Shown in pieces: positions 19,581 through 28,430 of a DNA stretch of 64,000 nt (positions within the stretch are counted from its first letter, which is position 1; each line of letters starts with the position of its first letter). Where the stretch lies: contig CAWEXP010000010.1 in NCBI GenBank assembly GCA_963813065.1, positions 7,276-71,275 on the forward strand. Reading direction: 5' to 3'. The translations under genes and the position numbers were made by a program. The notes below the pieces were generated by a model. That model did not search any database. It saw nothing but the letters and a program-made list of their open reading frames with translations, and had not been told where the DNA came from. This DNA is from Candidatus Kaiserbacteria bacterium. Lineage in GTDB: Bacteria; Patescibacteriota; Minisyncoccia; Phycocordibacterales; Phycocordibacteraceae.

Positions 19581-20894
19581 ATGGCCGACGCGCAACTGAT
19601 GGAAAAAATTGTCTCGCTCGCGAAGCGACGCGGCTTCATCTACCCGGGCAGTGAGATTTACGGTGGCCTCGCGGGCACTTTCGATTACGGCCCGTACGGC
19701 GTGGTCTTGAAAGAGAATATAAAAAATATCTGGCTGAAAATGTTCCGCGACGACCGTGACGACATGTATGGCGTCGATGCGGCCATTTTGATGAATCCGA
19801 AAGTGTGGGAATCCTCGGGCCATGTCGCAGGATTCTCTGATCCCTTGGTCGAGTGCGCCAAGTGCCATCACCGCTTCCGCGCCGATCAGCTCGACGATGC
19901 GACCAAGTGTCCGGACTGTGGCGGCGCTCTCGGCGAAGCGCGGCAATTTAATATGATGTTCAAGACGCATGCGGGCGCGATGGAGGACGACAGCGCAGTG
20001 GTCTACCTGCGCCCCGAGACGGCGGGTGGCATGTTTGTGAATTATAAAAATGTCGTCGACTCGCTCCACCCCAAGCTACCTTTCGGTCTCGCGCAGATCG
20101 GTAAAGCGTTCCGCAACGAGATCGCTCCGCGCGACTTCGTCTTCCGCGTGCGCGAATTCGAGCAGATGGAGATTGAATATTTTGTACGCCCGGACCAGTG
20201 GCAGGAGGCGTTCGAGGAGTGGCGCAAAGAGATGCATCGTTATGCCGCAATGGTCGGCATTCCTGCTGGCTCGGTGCATGAGCTCGAAGTGCCCGACGGA
20301 GAACGCGCGCACTACTCTAAGCGCACCATCGACTTCGAGTTCGAGTACCCCTTTGGCCGGAAGGAGCTCTGGGGTCTCGCGTATCGCACCGACTTCGATC
20401 TCTCGGCGCACCAGAATGGCTCAAGCGTGAATCTCGAATATCAAGACGAAGAAACGAAGAGCAAATTCTTGCCGCATGTCATCGAGCCGTCGCTCGGCGT
20501 CGATCGCACTCTGCTCGCTATCCTCGCAAGTGCGTATCGAGAAGATGAGATGAATGGGGAAGTGCGCACCTACCTCGCGCTGGCACCGCGCGTGGCGCCG
20601 GTGAAGGCGATGGTCGCGCCGCTGTTGAAAAATAAACCCGAGCTCGTGCAGAAGGCGGGGGAAGTACGTGATGAACTCCGTAGAATACATCCGGCCATCG
20701 CCTGGGACGACAACGGCAACATCGGCAAACGCTATCGCCGCCAGGATGAGATTGGTACGCCTTTCTGCATCACCATCGATTTCGATACGCTCGGCGACCC
20801 CTCGAGTTCCTCGGGGCAGGGAATCCTTAAGGATACGGTCACCCTCCGCGACCGCGACACGGGCACCCAGGACGACTTACGATTGAAGAGATAA
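19581..20894 (+). CDS. glyS: Glycyl-tRNA synthetase, alpha2 type
   Basis: SEIYGG...DYGPYG, YLRPETA, FRNEI..R.F.FRVREFEQMEIE, IGKRYRRQDEIGTP. Confidence 0.96.
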   Translation: MADAQLMEKIVSLAKRRGFIYPGSEIYGGLAGTFDYGPYGVVLKENIKNIWLKMFRDDRDDMYGVDAAILMNPKVWESSGHVAGFSDPLVECAKCHHRFRADQLDDATKCPDCGGALGEARQFNMMFKTHAGAMEDDSAVVYLRPETAGGMFVNYKNVVDSLHPKLPFGLAQIGKAFRNEIAPRDFVFRVREFEQMEIEYFVRPDQWQEAFEEWRKEMHRYAAMVGIPAGSVHELEVPDGERAHYSKRTIDFEFEYPFGRKELWGLAYRTDFDLSAHQNGSSVNLEYQDEETKSKFLPHVIEPSLGVDRTLLAILASAYREDEMNGEVRTYLALAPRVAPVKAMVAPLLKNKPELVQKAGEVRDELRRIHPAIAWDDNGNIGKRYRRQDEIGTPFCITIDFDTLGDPSSSSGQGILKDTVTLRDRDTGTQDDLRLKR

Positions 20895-20928
20895 AAACAC
20901 GGCTCAACCAGGCCATTTTATAGAGGTA

Positions 20929-20956
20929 TTGACAAGTTGTACGATTCGTGTATCAT
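20929..20956 (+). promoter_or_regulatory. Sigma70-like promoter of DGR target gene 1
   Basis: TTGACA-16 nt-TATCAT. Confidence 0.55.
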
Positions 20957-21111
20957 AGCTTCAGGACTCCTGATCCTCGGAATACCTTACGAATTCGCCC
21001 TAGCGCAGAACGGCTTACCTAGGCCCTTCTCCGCTATGGCGAACTGTCACAGCCCCTCAGCTCGCGGGTAGCGAGAAATTTCTCGGCTATCAGCTGGGGA
21101 AAGGACGTGTC

Positions 21112-21729
21112 ATGAAGTATGCGAATATGAATTGGGGCCGCATGGAAGCGATCATCAATAAGCTCGGCGGCGAAGCCGGTGCGGACGATTTCTTGGCTGG
21201 CAAGACTGTCGTCGGCAAGCCCGGCACCGTGACCAAGCTCAAGAGCTCGGCTTCGCCGAAGGTTCTCGCGGGCCTCCTCGAACCAGTCGGCGAGCCAGTT
21301 AAGCTCGTGGCGGCGAACCATTTCGTCGCTCGCGAAAAATTCATTGTGAACGTGAACGGCGAGCTACCGATCTCGGCCTCGGCGACAACTTCAAGACCAA
21401 TTTCTTGGATGTTGTCGAAGAGAGTGTAAGACCCATGACGGTCAGGCAACGCAAACTCTTACGGCGCTCGGTCGACACTCCGATTCTTGCCGCTCTCGGC
21501 GACAAGGACGTGGCGAAGATTGTGAGGGCCAGAATGGCTCTCGCACACGTCTTCAGTTTCCTCAAGACGGCGGATCGTTCCAAGTGGTTCATCTTTTATG
21601 TCGCCGACGCGAAGGGGAATGTCTGGGCCGTGAACGCGGTACTGGGGCGATGGCGGCTGGAGCCTCGAGGCCAGCTCGGTTTTGAACCCGAACGAGTGGC
21701 TTGAGGGTGACCACGTCGTCTCTCGCTGA
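21112..21729 (+). CDS. DGR target protein 1 with C-terminal variable region; two apparent frameshifts
   Basis: ORFs 21112-21429 and 21405-21704 join; the 3' end matches TR1 and ends at TGA 21727-21729. Confidence 0.85.
21622..21727 (+). repeat. DGR variable repeat VR1
   Basis: Aligns to TR1 with 9 substitutions at TR adenines, 1 non-A change and 1 inserted base. Confidence 0.93.
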
Positions 21730-21822
21730 TCCTTCGCAACTCAACATAAGACTCTCGGACCCTCTGAACTTTTGTCGCTTTGGCGGCACTGGAACAGAGG
21801 GTCTTTCTTTTTGGTACACTAA

Positions 21823-22039
21823 TACATGAGGAAGTTATGGTGTGCAGGCTATGGCTCGTACGCAACTCCTCGGGTCTATACGGGAGAGAATCGCGCGAGG
21901 TACGCCAATCGCGAGCGTGTCTGTGCAGACTCTAAAAAAAGAATAGGATCGGTGCACCGCGCTGGCGGACTTCTACGTCCCACATACGATACAGCCCGGA
22001 GAACGTTCGAAGGGCAGTGGCAGAGATGGCGCAGTGCAC
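21823..22039 (+). ncRNA. Structured RNA leader upstream of TR1
   Basis: Motifs and covarying stems shared with 47605-47847. Confidence 0.7.
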
Positions 22040-22047
22040 ATACCGTT

Positions 22048-22152
22048 TCTGGGCCGTGAACGCGAACTGGAACGATGGCGGCTGGAACCTCGAAGCCAAC
22101 TCGGTTTTGAACCCGAATGAGTGGAATGAGGGTAACCACGTCGTCTCTCGCT
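22048..22152 (+). repeat. DGR template repeat TR1
   Basis: 105 nt with nine AAY codons in the VR frame; near-identical to VR1 except at adenines. Confidence 0.93.
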
Positions 22153-22519
22153 ACCCATTTCTTTCCCCGCCCGCCCGAGGCGGGGTTTTAGTAAGAACAC
22201 CCTTGCGCCAGCCGCCTGTCATACGTCCTATTTCTTCTATACCTTCTGCAATCTGCACGTATTGTGTATTTGACATCAACTTTGACTCCCATGCTATCTG
22301 CAAGAAAAACCGCAACGAATCTGTTGTGCCTATGGAAGTACCAAGGAGAGCGGGCTTATTCGCCATGTCCGCGAAGCTTGCTCTGCGCAGAGTCTCAAGT
22401 AAATCGAGCAGGAGCGTATCTATTCGCGCGCCGATGCCGAAGCGTTCGTCGCGTGACATGTTGCGTCGCACTGGTAGCCAGACGCGGTAGAGGTCTTTGG
22501 TGCGCTCCACGACCGCCAC
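22151..22519 (-). CDS. avd: DGR accessory variability determinant (Avd)
   Basis: About 120-aa helical protein, ERFGIGARID...LRFFLQIAWE...EEIGRMTGGW, located between TR and RT; true start uncertain. Confidence 0.88.
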   Translation of the reverse strand: MAVVERTKDLYRVWLPVRRNMSRDERFGIGARIDTLLLDLLETLRRASFADMANKPALLGTSIGTTDSLRFFLQIAWESKLMSNTQYVQIAEGIEEIGRMTGGWRKGVLTKTPPRAGGERNG

Positions 22520-22554
22520 AAAGGTCCGGGGGGGGGGGTAGAGCTAGATGCTGT

Positions 22555-23536
22555 ATGCAAAACCGCTTCACTCATACCTACGACGATATCATCTCTGCCG
22601 AGAATCTGCTCGACGCATGGAATGAATTTCTAAAAGGAAAGCGCAAGAAAGCCGATGTCATCGAATTCTCGCGCTTTCTCATGCGCCATATCTCCCAGCT
22701 ACATTATGACCTCAAATACAAAACATACACGCATGGTGGATATCAAGCATTCAAGAATCAGTGATCCCAAGCCTCGTGATATTCATAAGGCAACTGTCCG
22801 CGACAGGCTTTTGCACCATGCGGTGTATCGCCAGCTCTATCCTCTTTTTGACAGAACCTTTATTTCCGACTCGTACTCGTGCCGCCTGGGGAAGGGTACG
22901 CATCGCGCGATGAATAGTTTCCGGCGATATGCGTACCAGGCGAGCAAGAATCATACGAAAACACTCTGGGTGCTCAAGTGCGACATACGCAAGTTTTTTG
23001 CCTCGATTGATCACGAGATACTTTTCGCTATCTTACGACGACATATTTCTGATGACCGCACGCTCGTGTTGCTCCAAACTATTATCGAGAGTTTTTGTTC
23101 AACACCAGGTGTCGCACAAAAAGGTCTTCCGCTCGGCAACCTCACCAGCCAGCTCCTCGTGAACATTTACATGAACGAGTTCGACCAGTTCGTGAAGCAC
23201 GATCTGAAAATAAAATACTATGTACGCTACGCGGATGACTTTGTCGTGTTTTCGCATGACCGCGAATCGCTACGAAAAACACTTCCATATATAGAAGTGT
23301 TTTTACGAGACACACTGAAACTAGAAATGCATCCGAATAAAGTTTCAATTGCGACTTTGGCTTCTGGGGTCGACTTCCTCGGCTGGGTACACTTTCCTAA
23401 TCACCGCGTCTTGCGCACGGCGACCAAGCGATGGATACTCAAGGCATTACGCGGGAATCCAAAAGAAACAACTCGCGCGTCGTATCGGGGCATGCTCTCG
23501 CACGGGAATGCACATAAGCTACAAATTTTGCTATAG
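22555..23536 (+). CDS. DGR reverse transcriptase (one apparent +1 frameshift near 22757)
   Basis: DPKPRDI..A.VRDRLLHHA, SYSCR.GKGTH, LKCDIRKFF.SIDH, GLPLGNLTSQ, YVRYADD, GVDFLG. Confidence 0.95.
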
Positions 23537-23543
23537 TGCCCGC

Positions 23544-24602
23544 ATGGACAGGGAACTGAAAATCTCCATCACGCCCGCCACCATCGTCACGACGCTCCTG
23601 ATTCTCCTGGGCGCCTATATCGTGTGGCTCCTGCGCGACCTCGCGCTCCTGGTGCTGACGGCTATTGTTATCGCCTCGGCTATTGAGCCGGGCATCGCCT
23701 TCTTCAACCGTCGCAAGGTGCCGCGCTTCGTGGCCGCCCTGAGCATGTATGTGGTTGTGCTTGGTTCGCTCTTCGCGCTGATTTATTTTTTCTTTCCGCC
23801 CATCATCGTCGACGCCGCGCAGTTCCTCTCCGTCGCGCCACAATACTTGAACACACTCAACGTCCCCTCGTCCTTCGCCGGCATCAGCAACGCAACTGAC
23901 ATTCTCGGCGGCCAGAATCAGGCGCAAGGCATTGTGCAGACGCTTCTCGCACTCGAGACGTCCTTCTCCTCGGGCTCGACTGGCGTCATCCAGCTCTCGG
24001 CGACCTTCTTCGGCGGCATCTTCTCGCTCCTCTTGGTTATTGTGCTCTCGTTCTACTTCGCGCTCCAAGAAACGGGCGTCGACGATTTCCTCCGACTCGT
24101 GATCCCGAGTGAGTACGAGGACTACGCCGTGAATCTCTGGAAGCGCGCCCAGAAGAAGATCGGTCTCTGGATGCAAGGACAGATTCTGCTCTCGGTGATT
24201 GTCGGCGTGTTGGTGTATCTCGGCATGCTCGTCATCGGCATCCCGTACGCACTCCTGCTCGCGGTCTTCACCGCGATGGCAGAAATTATTCCCATCTTCG
24301 GCTCCCTGGTCGCGGGTGCCGCCGCGGTCGCCGTTGGCTTCTCCACGGGCGGCATCCCGCTCGCGCTCATCGTCGCAGGTCTCTATATTGTGGTGAATCA
24401 GTTCGAGACGAATCTTATCTATCCGCTCATCGTGAAGAAAGTCGTGGGCATTCCGCCCCTGATGGTTATCGTCGCTCTGATTGCGGGCGGTATCCTCGCC
24501 GGTTTCCTCGGCGTCCTGCTCTCGGTGCCGGTGGCCGCGGTCGCGCTCGAGTTCTTGAGCGACTTCGAGAAGCGTAAGCGCCGTCTCGCGGCACATTCCT
24601 AA
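23544..24602 (+). CDS. AI-2E family transporter
   Basis: Multi-TM protein; W.QGQILL, EIIPIFG, QFETNLIYP, GVLLSVP. Confidence 0.9.
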   Translation: MDRELKISITPATIVTTLLILLGAYIVWLLRDLALLVLTAIVIASAIEPGIAFFNRRKVPRFVAALSMYVVVLGSLFALIYFFFPPIIVDAAQFLSVAPQYLNTLNVPSSFAGISNATDILGGQNQAQGIVQTLLALETSFSSGSTGVIQLSATFFGGIFSLLLVIVLSFYFALQETGVDDFLRLVIPSEYEDYAVNLWKRAQKKIGLWMQGQILLSVIVGVLVYLGMLVIGIPYALLLAVFTAMAEIIPIFGSLVAGAAAVAVGFSTGGIPLALIVAGLYIVVNQFETNLIYPLIVKKVVGIPPLMVIVALIAGGILAGFLGVLLSVPVAAVALEFLSDFEKRKRRLAAHS

Positions 24603-26029
24603 TGGCGCGGTACCTTACCACGACGCTCCCGTACGTGAACGCGGATCCGCACATTGGATTCGCGCTCGAGATTGTGCAGGCCGACGCGCTTGCACGGAGC
24701 TGGCGCCTCGCGGGCGAAGAGGTCTTCTTCAACACCGGCGCCGACGAGCATGGGCAGAAAATATTTGATGCGGCGAAGCAGTCGGGACAGGAAGTGCAAG
24801 CGTATGTTGACCACTACGCGAACGAGCTGGTGAAATTGAAAGACGCGCTCGACCTCTCGACCGACCATTTTATACGCACGACTGACCCCGCGCACAGTAC
24901 GGCAGCGCAAGAGATGTGGAAGCGCTGTACCGACGCAGGCGATATTTATAAAAAGTCGTATACCGGCCGCTACTGCGTTGGGTGCGAAGCATACAAGACC
25001 GACAAGGAAATTGTGGACGGGAAGTGCGTCCTGCACCCTAATCTCGAACTCCAGGAAATCACCGAAGAAAATTATTTTTTCAGGTTTTCGAAATATCAGA
25101 ACCAGCTCCTCGACTATCTAAAGAAGCCCAATGTCGTCATTCCTGAATGGCGGCGCGCGGAGGCGGTTGCGTTCGTCGAGGGAGGCCTCGAAGATTTCAG
25201 CATCTCGCGTGAGAAGGCGCGACTCTCCTGGGGCGTGCCGGTGCCGGGCGATGATGCGCAGGTGATGTATGTCTGGTTTGATGCGCTCACGAGCTATATT
25301 TCCACGCTCGGGTGGCCCGCCGACGCGGACGGGAATTTCAAAAAGTTTTGGGTCGAAGGCACGACACTGCAAGTAGCGGGGAAGGATCAAGTGCGCTTCC
25401 AGTCGCTGATGTGGCAGGCGATGCTTTTCTCTGCGGGCATCAAGAATACCGATCAAGTGTTCTATCATGGCTTCATCAATTCGGGCGGCACACGCATGAG
25501 CAAGTCGCTCGGCAATGTTATCAGTCCGTATGATTTGGTACAGAAATACGGCACCTCCGCGACGCGGTATCTCCTCTTGCGCCATGTCCACCCGATGGAG
25601 GACTCGGATGTGACCTGGGATCGTCTCGACGAGTGGTACACCGCCGGGCTCACCAACGGCCTCGGCAATCTCGTCGCGCGCGTGATGAAATTGGCGGAAA
25701 CGAATCTGCCTGAGCCCATCGAGCGGCCGGAGGAGTCACCCTTCGCTCAGGACTATTGGGATGCGCTCAATGCATTTGAATTTAATACGGTGATGGATAG
25801 CATCTGGGAGCGAATAGGAAAGCTCGATGAGCGCATCACGAGCGAGAAGCCGTTCGCCGTGGTCAAAGAGGATGAAGCGCGCGGGCGCGCGATGATTGCC
25901 GAGCTCGTGCGCGAACTCTACCAGATCGGCCGTTTGCTCAACCCCTTCATGCCGCAGACGAATCAGATCATTAAGAAGTCCATTCTCGAAAACAAAAAGC
26001 CCGAGAATCTCTTCCCGCGCCTCGCATGA
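24602..26029 (+). CDS. metG: Methionyl-tRNA synthetase
   Basis: YLTTTLPYVNADPHIG, GADEHGQKI, YCVGCE, YVWFDAL, RMSKSLGN. Confidence 0.97.
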   Translation: MARYLTTTLPYVNADPHIGFALEIVQADALARSWRLAGEEVFFNTGADEHGQKIFDAAKQSGQEVQAYVDHYANELVKLKDALDLSTDHFIRTTDPAHSTAAQEMWKRCTDAGDIYKKSYTGRYCVGCEAYKTDKEIVDGKCVLHPNLELQEITEENYFFRFSKYQNQLLDYLKKPNVVIPEWRRAEAVAFVEGGLEDFSISREKARLSWGVPVPGDDAQVMYVWFDALTSYISTLGWPADADGNFKKFWVEGTTLQVAGKDQVRFQSLMWQAMLFSAGIKNTDQVFYHGFINSGGTRMSKSLGNVISPYDLVQKYGTSATRYLLLRHVHPMEDSDVTWDRLDEWYTAGLTNGLGNLVARVMKLAETNLPEPIERPEESPFAQDYWDALNAFEFNTVMDSIWERIGKLDERITSEKPFAVVKEDEARGRAMIAELVRELYQIGRLLNPFMPQTNQIIKKSILENKKPENLFPRLA

Positions 26030-26294
26030 AGTACCTCGCGCTCGCATTTTCGGCATCACGTTTCTCCACACGCTCGTGCCCGTTGCCATTGGTGCGTGCT
26101 GTCTGGTGGTCGCCTATATGCTCGGGTTGAAGTATGTTCACAACATTTGGGTTATCTCGGCCGTTTCCTTCGGTTCCATCTTGCTCGTTGAACCACTGTT
26201 CGACTTTTTCTATATCGGTCAGACGCCCGAGCTCGGCGCGGGTATCGGTATGATCTGCGGCGTGCTCGGTATCCTCGCGGCGCTGTTTCTCTAG
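26026..26294 (+). CDS. Small membrane protein, start uncertain or frameshifted
   Basis: Three hydrophobic segments ending at TAG 26294. Confidence 0.5.
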
Positions 26295-26388
26295 AATTGA
26301 CAATTCAGAAATAAAGTTCTAAGCTCGCGGCAGTTGCGTAGCACTTTGTGGTTCACATACCGGAGCAAATCCGGAGAAAGGCAGACTC

Positions 26389-27519
26389 ATGCTCAAGGCA
26401 TGGCGATACGTACGATGGTGCACACTCCTCATTAGTTTGCTTGTTGAGGCGGGAGTCTTCTGGCTGTCCGCACCTTCGGGCGATTTCCTCACCAAAGCAT
26501 TATCCCCGTGGCCGTGGATATGGATGGGGTTCGTGGCTGGCAGTTTGGCTTGGTTATTCTTCGAGCTCACCATCCTCATCTTCAAAGGCAAGGGGCGAAT
26601 TAATGCCGAGCTGGACGAAGATGGGAATGAGGAGATTCGATACCAAACCGTTCCGCACTGGCTCGAACCCATGCGCGAAATCCGCAAACATTCGGCGACC
26701 TGGTACGGGATTTGGGTCCCGGTGTGGATTGCGCTTGCTTCCACGACCTATCTCGTTGGCTGGGTCGTCTGGTTGGCTTCTCGTTTTCCCGAGGCGCTCT
26801 CGCTCTGGTCAGTCGATGCGTGTGCGTTTATCGAAACGCACTTCGTCGGGTTCTTGGCGATTATCGGCGTTCCGCTCGAAGGCTTGCTCAAGGCCATTCC
26901 AGCATTCCTTACCCAACTCCACGACACTGCTCGCGAGGACACCACCCTCACGTTCGTCCTGGTGGGGGTCGTATGGCTGTCATTGCATGCGTTCGAATGG
27001 GGATTACGGCGCTGGAAGATGCCACACTTCATCACTCGCTTGGCGCATCTTGGCCAATGGATAACGGTGTTGGTTGGCTTCTATGCTCTCATGGCCACAG
27101 AATGGTTTGACTGGCTCGCGCCCGTCTATACCTTCTTGCCACACAATGCGATCGTTGCGGTCGGCTATATGCCTCTTGGTCTCATTGCGCCACTGTATTA
27201 TGTGCCGCATGTTGCCGAGTGGCTTTCCACGCGCTATGCGCTCATCGTCGATCGCAAGTCGTCCGACGCCTATTTGCTCATTTGCTCCGGCGTCTTCGAC
27301 TTCATCAAGGAGCGAATATCCCTCGAACGTGTGGTAGATACCAAACTCTTTCAGCGTTGGTGGCAGAGGCCGCTCAAGATCGGCAATCTGACGCTTATCG
27401 AGACCGGCGGTGAAAAAGAGATTCTCGACATTTGGGATCCAAGGCATCTCGATCGGGAAATCAACAAGTGCATCACTCGTCGGCGGCGTCGGCAACGTGG
27501 TGACGAAATAGTCGATTAG
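26389..27519 (+). CDS. Multi-pass membrane protein with C-terminal bacterial PH-like domain
   Basis: Several TM helices; C-terminal SGVF..ISLERVVD....WWQRPLKIGNLTLI resembles bPH_2. Confidence 0.65.
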   Translation: MLKAWRYVRWCTLLISLLVEAGVFWLSAPSGDFLTKALSPWPWIWMGFVAGSLAWLFFELTILIFKGKGRINAELDEDGNEEIRYQTVPHWLEPMREIRKHSATWYGIWVPVWIALASTTYLVGWVVWLASRFPEALSLWSVDACAFIETHFVGFLAIIGVPLEGLLKAIPAFLTQLHDTAREDTTLTFVLVGVVWLSLHAFEWGLRRWKMPHFITRLAHLGQWITVLVGFYALMATEWFDWLAPVYTFLPHNAIVAVGYMPLGLIAPLYYVPHVAEWLSTRYALIVDRKSSDAYLLICSGVFDFIKERISLERVVDTKLFQRWWQRPLKIGNLTLIETGGEKEILDIWDPRHLDREINKCITRRRRRQRGDEIVD

Positions 27520-27579
27520 TTTTTTCTACTGGCGGCGCTACCCAGCGCCGCTTTTTTATACCTATGGTACGCTCGGGGA

Positions 27580-28407
27580 GTGGAACTGAAATACATCGAC
27601 GCGCACTGCCATCTGCAATTCGAGCAATACGATGCGGATCGCGACACGCTGATAGCCCAGATGCGCGAGCGTGGCGTGGCGGGCATTGTGGTCTGGTGCG
27701 ATTTTGAATCTTCGAAGAAGGCGGTCGAGCTCGCCGAACAACACGAGCACCTGTGGGCCGCGATTGGCCAACACCCCAACGACAACCACACTGAACTATT
27801 TGACGCATCGGCATATCGCGCACTCGCCGCGAGCAAGAAAGTGGTCGCGATAGGGGAGTGCGGACTCGATTACTTCAGGCCAGTCGATGCAACTGATGAA
27901 GTCAAAGCAAAGCAAAGAGAACTATTTACCGAACAGATAGAACTTGCCGCCGAGCTTGCGCTCCCACTCATTATTCATTCGCGCCCCTCCTCCGCCAAAG
28001 CTATGGAGGGCAAGCCGAGCTACGATGCATATTGGGATTTGATAGAGATACTGAAAGAGGCGAAAGAGGGGCACCCCAAACTCGCGGGCGACATCCATTT
28101 CTTCGTCGGTGGCGTCGCCGAGATGCGCGCACTGAATGCGCTCGGCTTCACCGTCTCCTACACCGCTGTCATCACTTTCGCACGCGACTATGACGCGACC
28201 ATTAAAGCCGCACCACTCGACCAGATGCTCGTCGAAACAGATTCGCCCTTTGTCGCGCCCGCGAGCCGACGTGGTCAGCGCAACGACCCGCTCGCGGTCA
28301 TCGAGGTCGTCGCCAAGATTGCGGAGATTCGAGGCGAAAATCCCGAGCTCGTCCGTGCGGCCTTGGCGGCCAATGCCGCACGCCTCTTCGAGTTGCCTTT
28401 TGTCTAG
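27580..28407 (+). CDS. tatD: TatD family hydrolase
   Basis: IDAHCHL, IGQHP, AIGECGLDY, PLIIHSR, LVETDSPF. Confidence 0.95.
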   Translation: MELKYIDAHCHLQFEQYDADRDTLIAQMRERGVAGIVVWCDFESSKKAVELAEQHEHLWAAIGQHPNDNHTELFDASAYRALAASKKVVAIGECGLDYFRPVDATDEVKAKQRELFTEQIELAAELALPLIIHSRPSSAKAMEGKPSYDAYWDLIEILKEAKEGHPKLAGDIHFFVGGVAEMRALNALGFTVSYTAVITFARDYDATIKAAPLDQMLVETDSPFVAPASRRGQRNDPLAVIEVVAKIAEIRGENPELVRAALAANAARLFELPFV

Positions 28408-28430
28408 AGAGGTGCTAGATTAGCCCAATC

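Noticed and set aside
22017-22490. 157-aa plus-strand ORF spanning TR1
   Set aside because: It is the stop-free TR frame plus the antisense of avd, not a credible protein.
22555-23536. RT as group II intron, retron or CRISPR-associated RT
   Set aside because: It is short, has no maturase or endonuclease domain, carries the GNLTSQ motif, and has adjacent avd and TR/VR, which identify a DGR RT.
23439-24596. Long antisense ORFs opposite GC-rich genes (also 4550-5488, 44715-45965, 56582-57664)
   Set aside because: Shadow ORFs caused by codon bias; the opposite strand carries the recognisable or better-supported gene.
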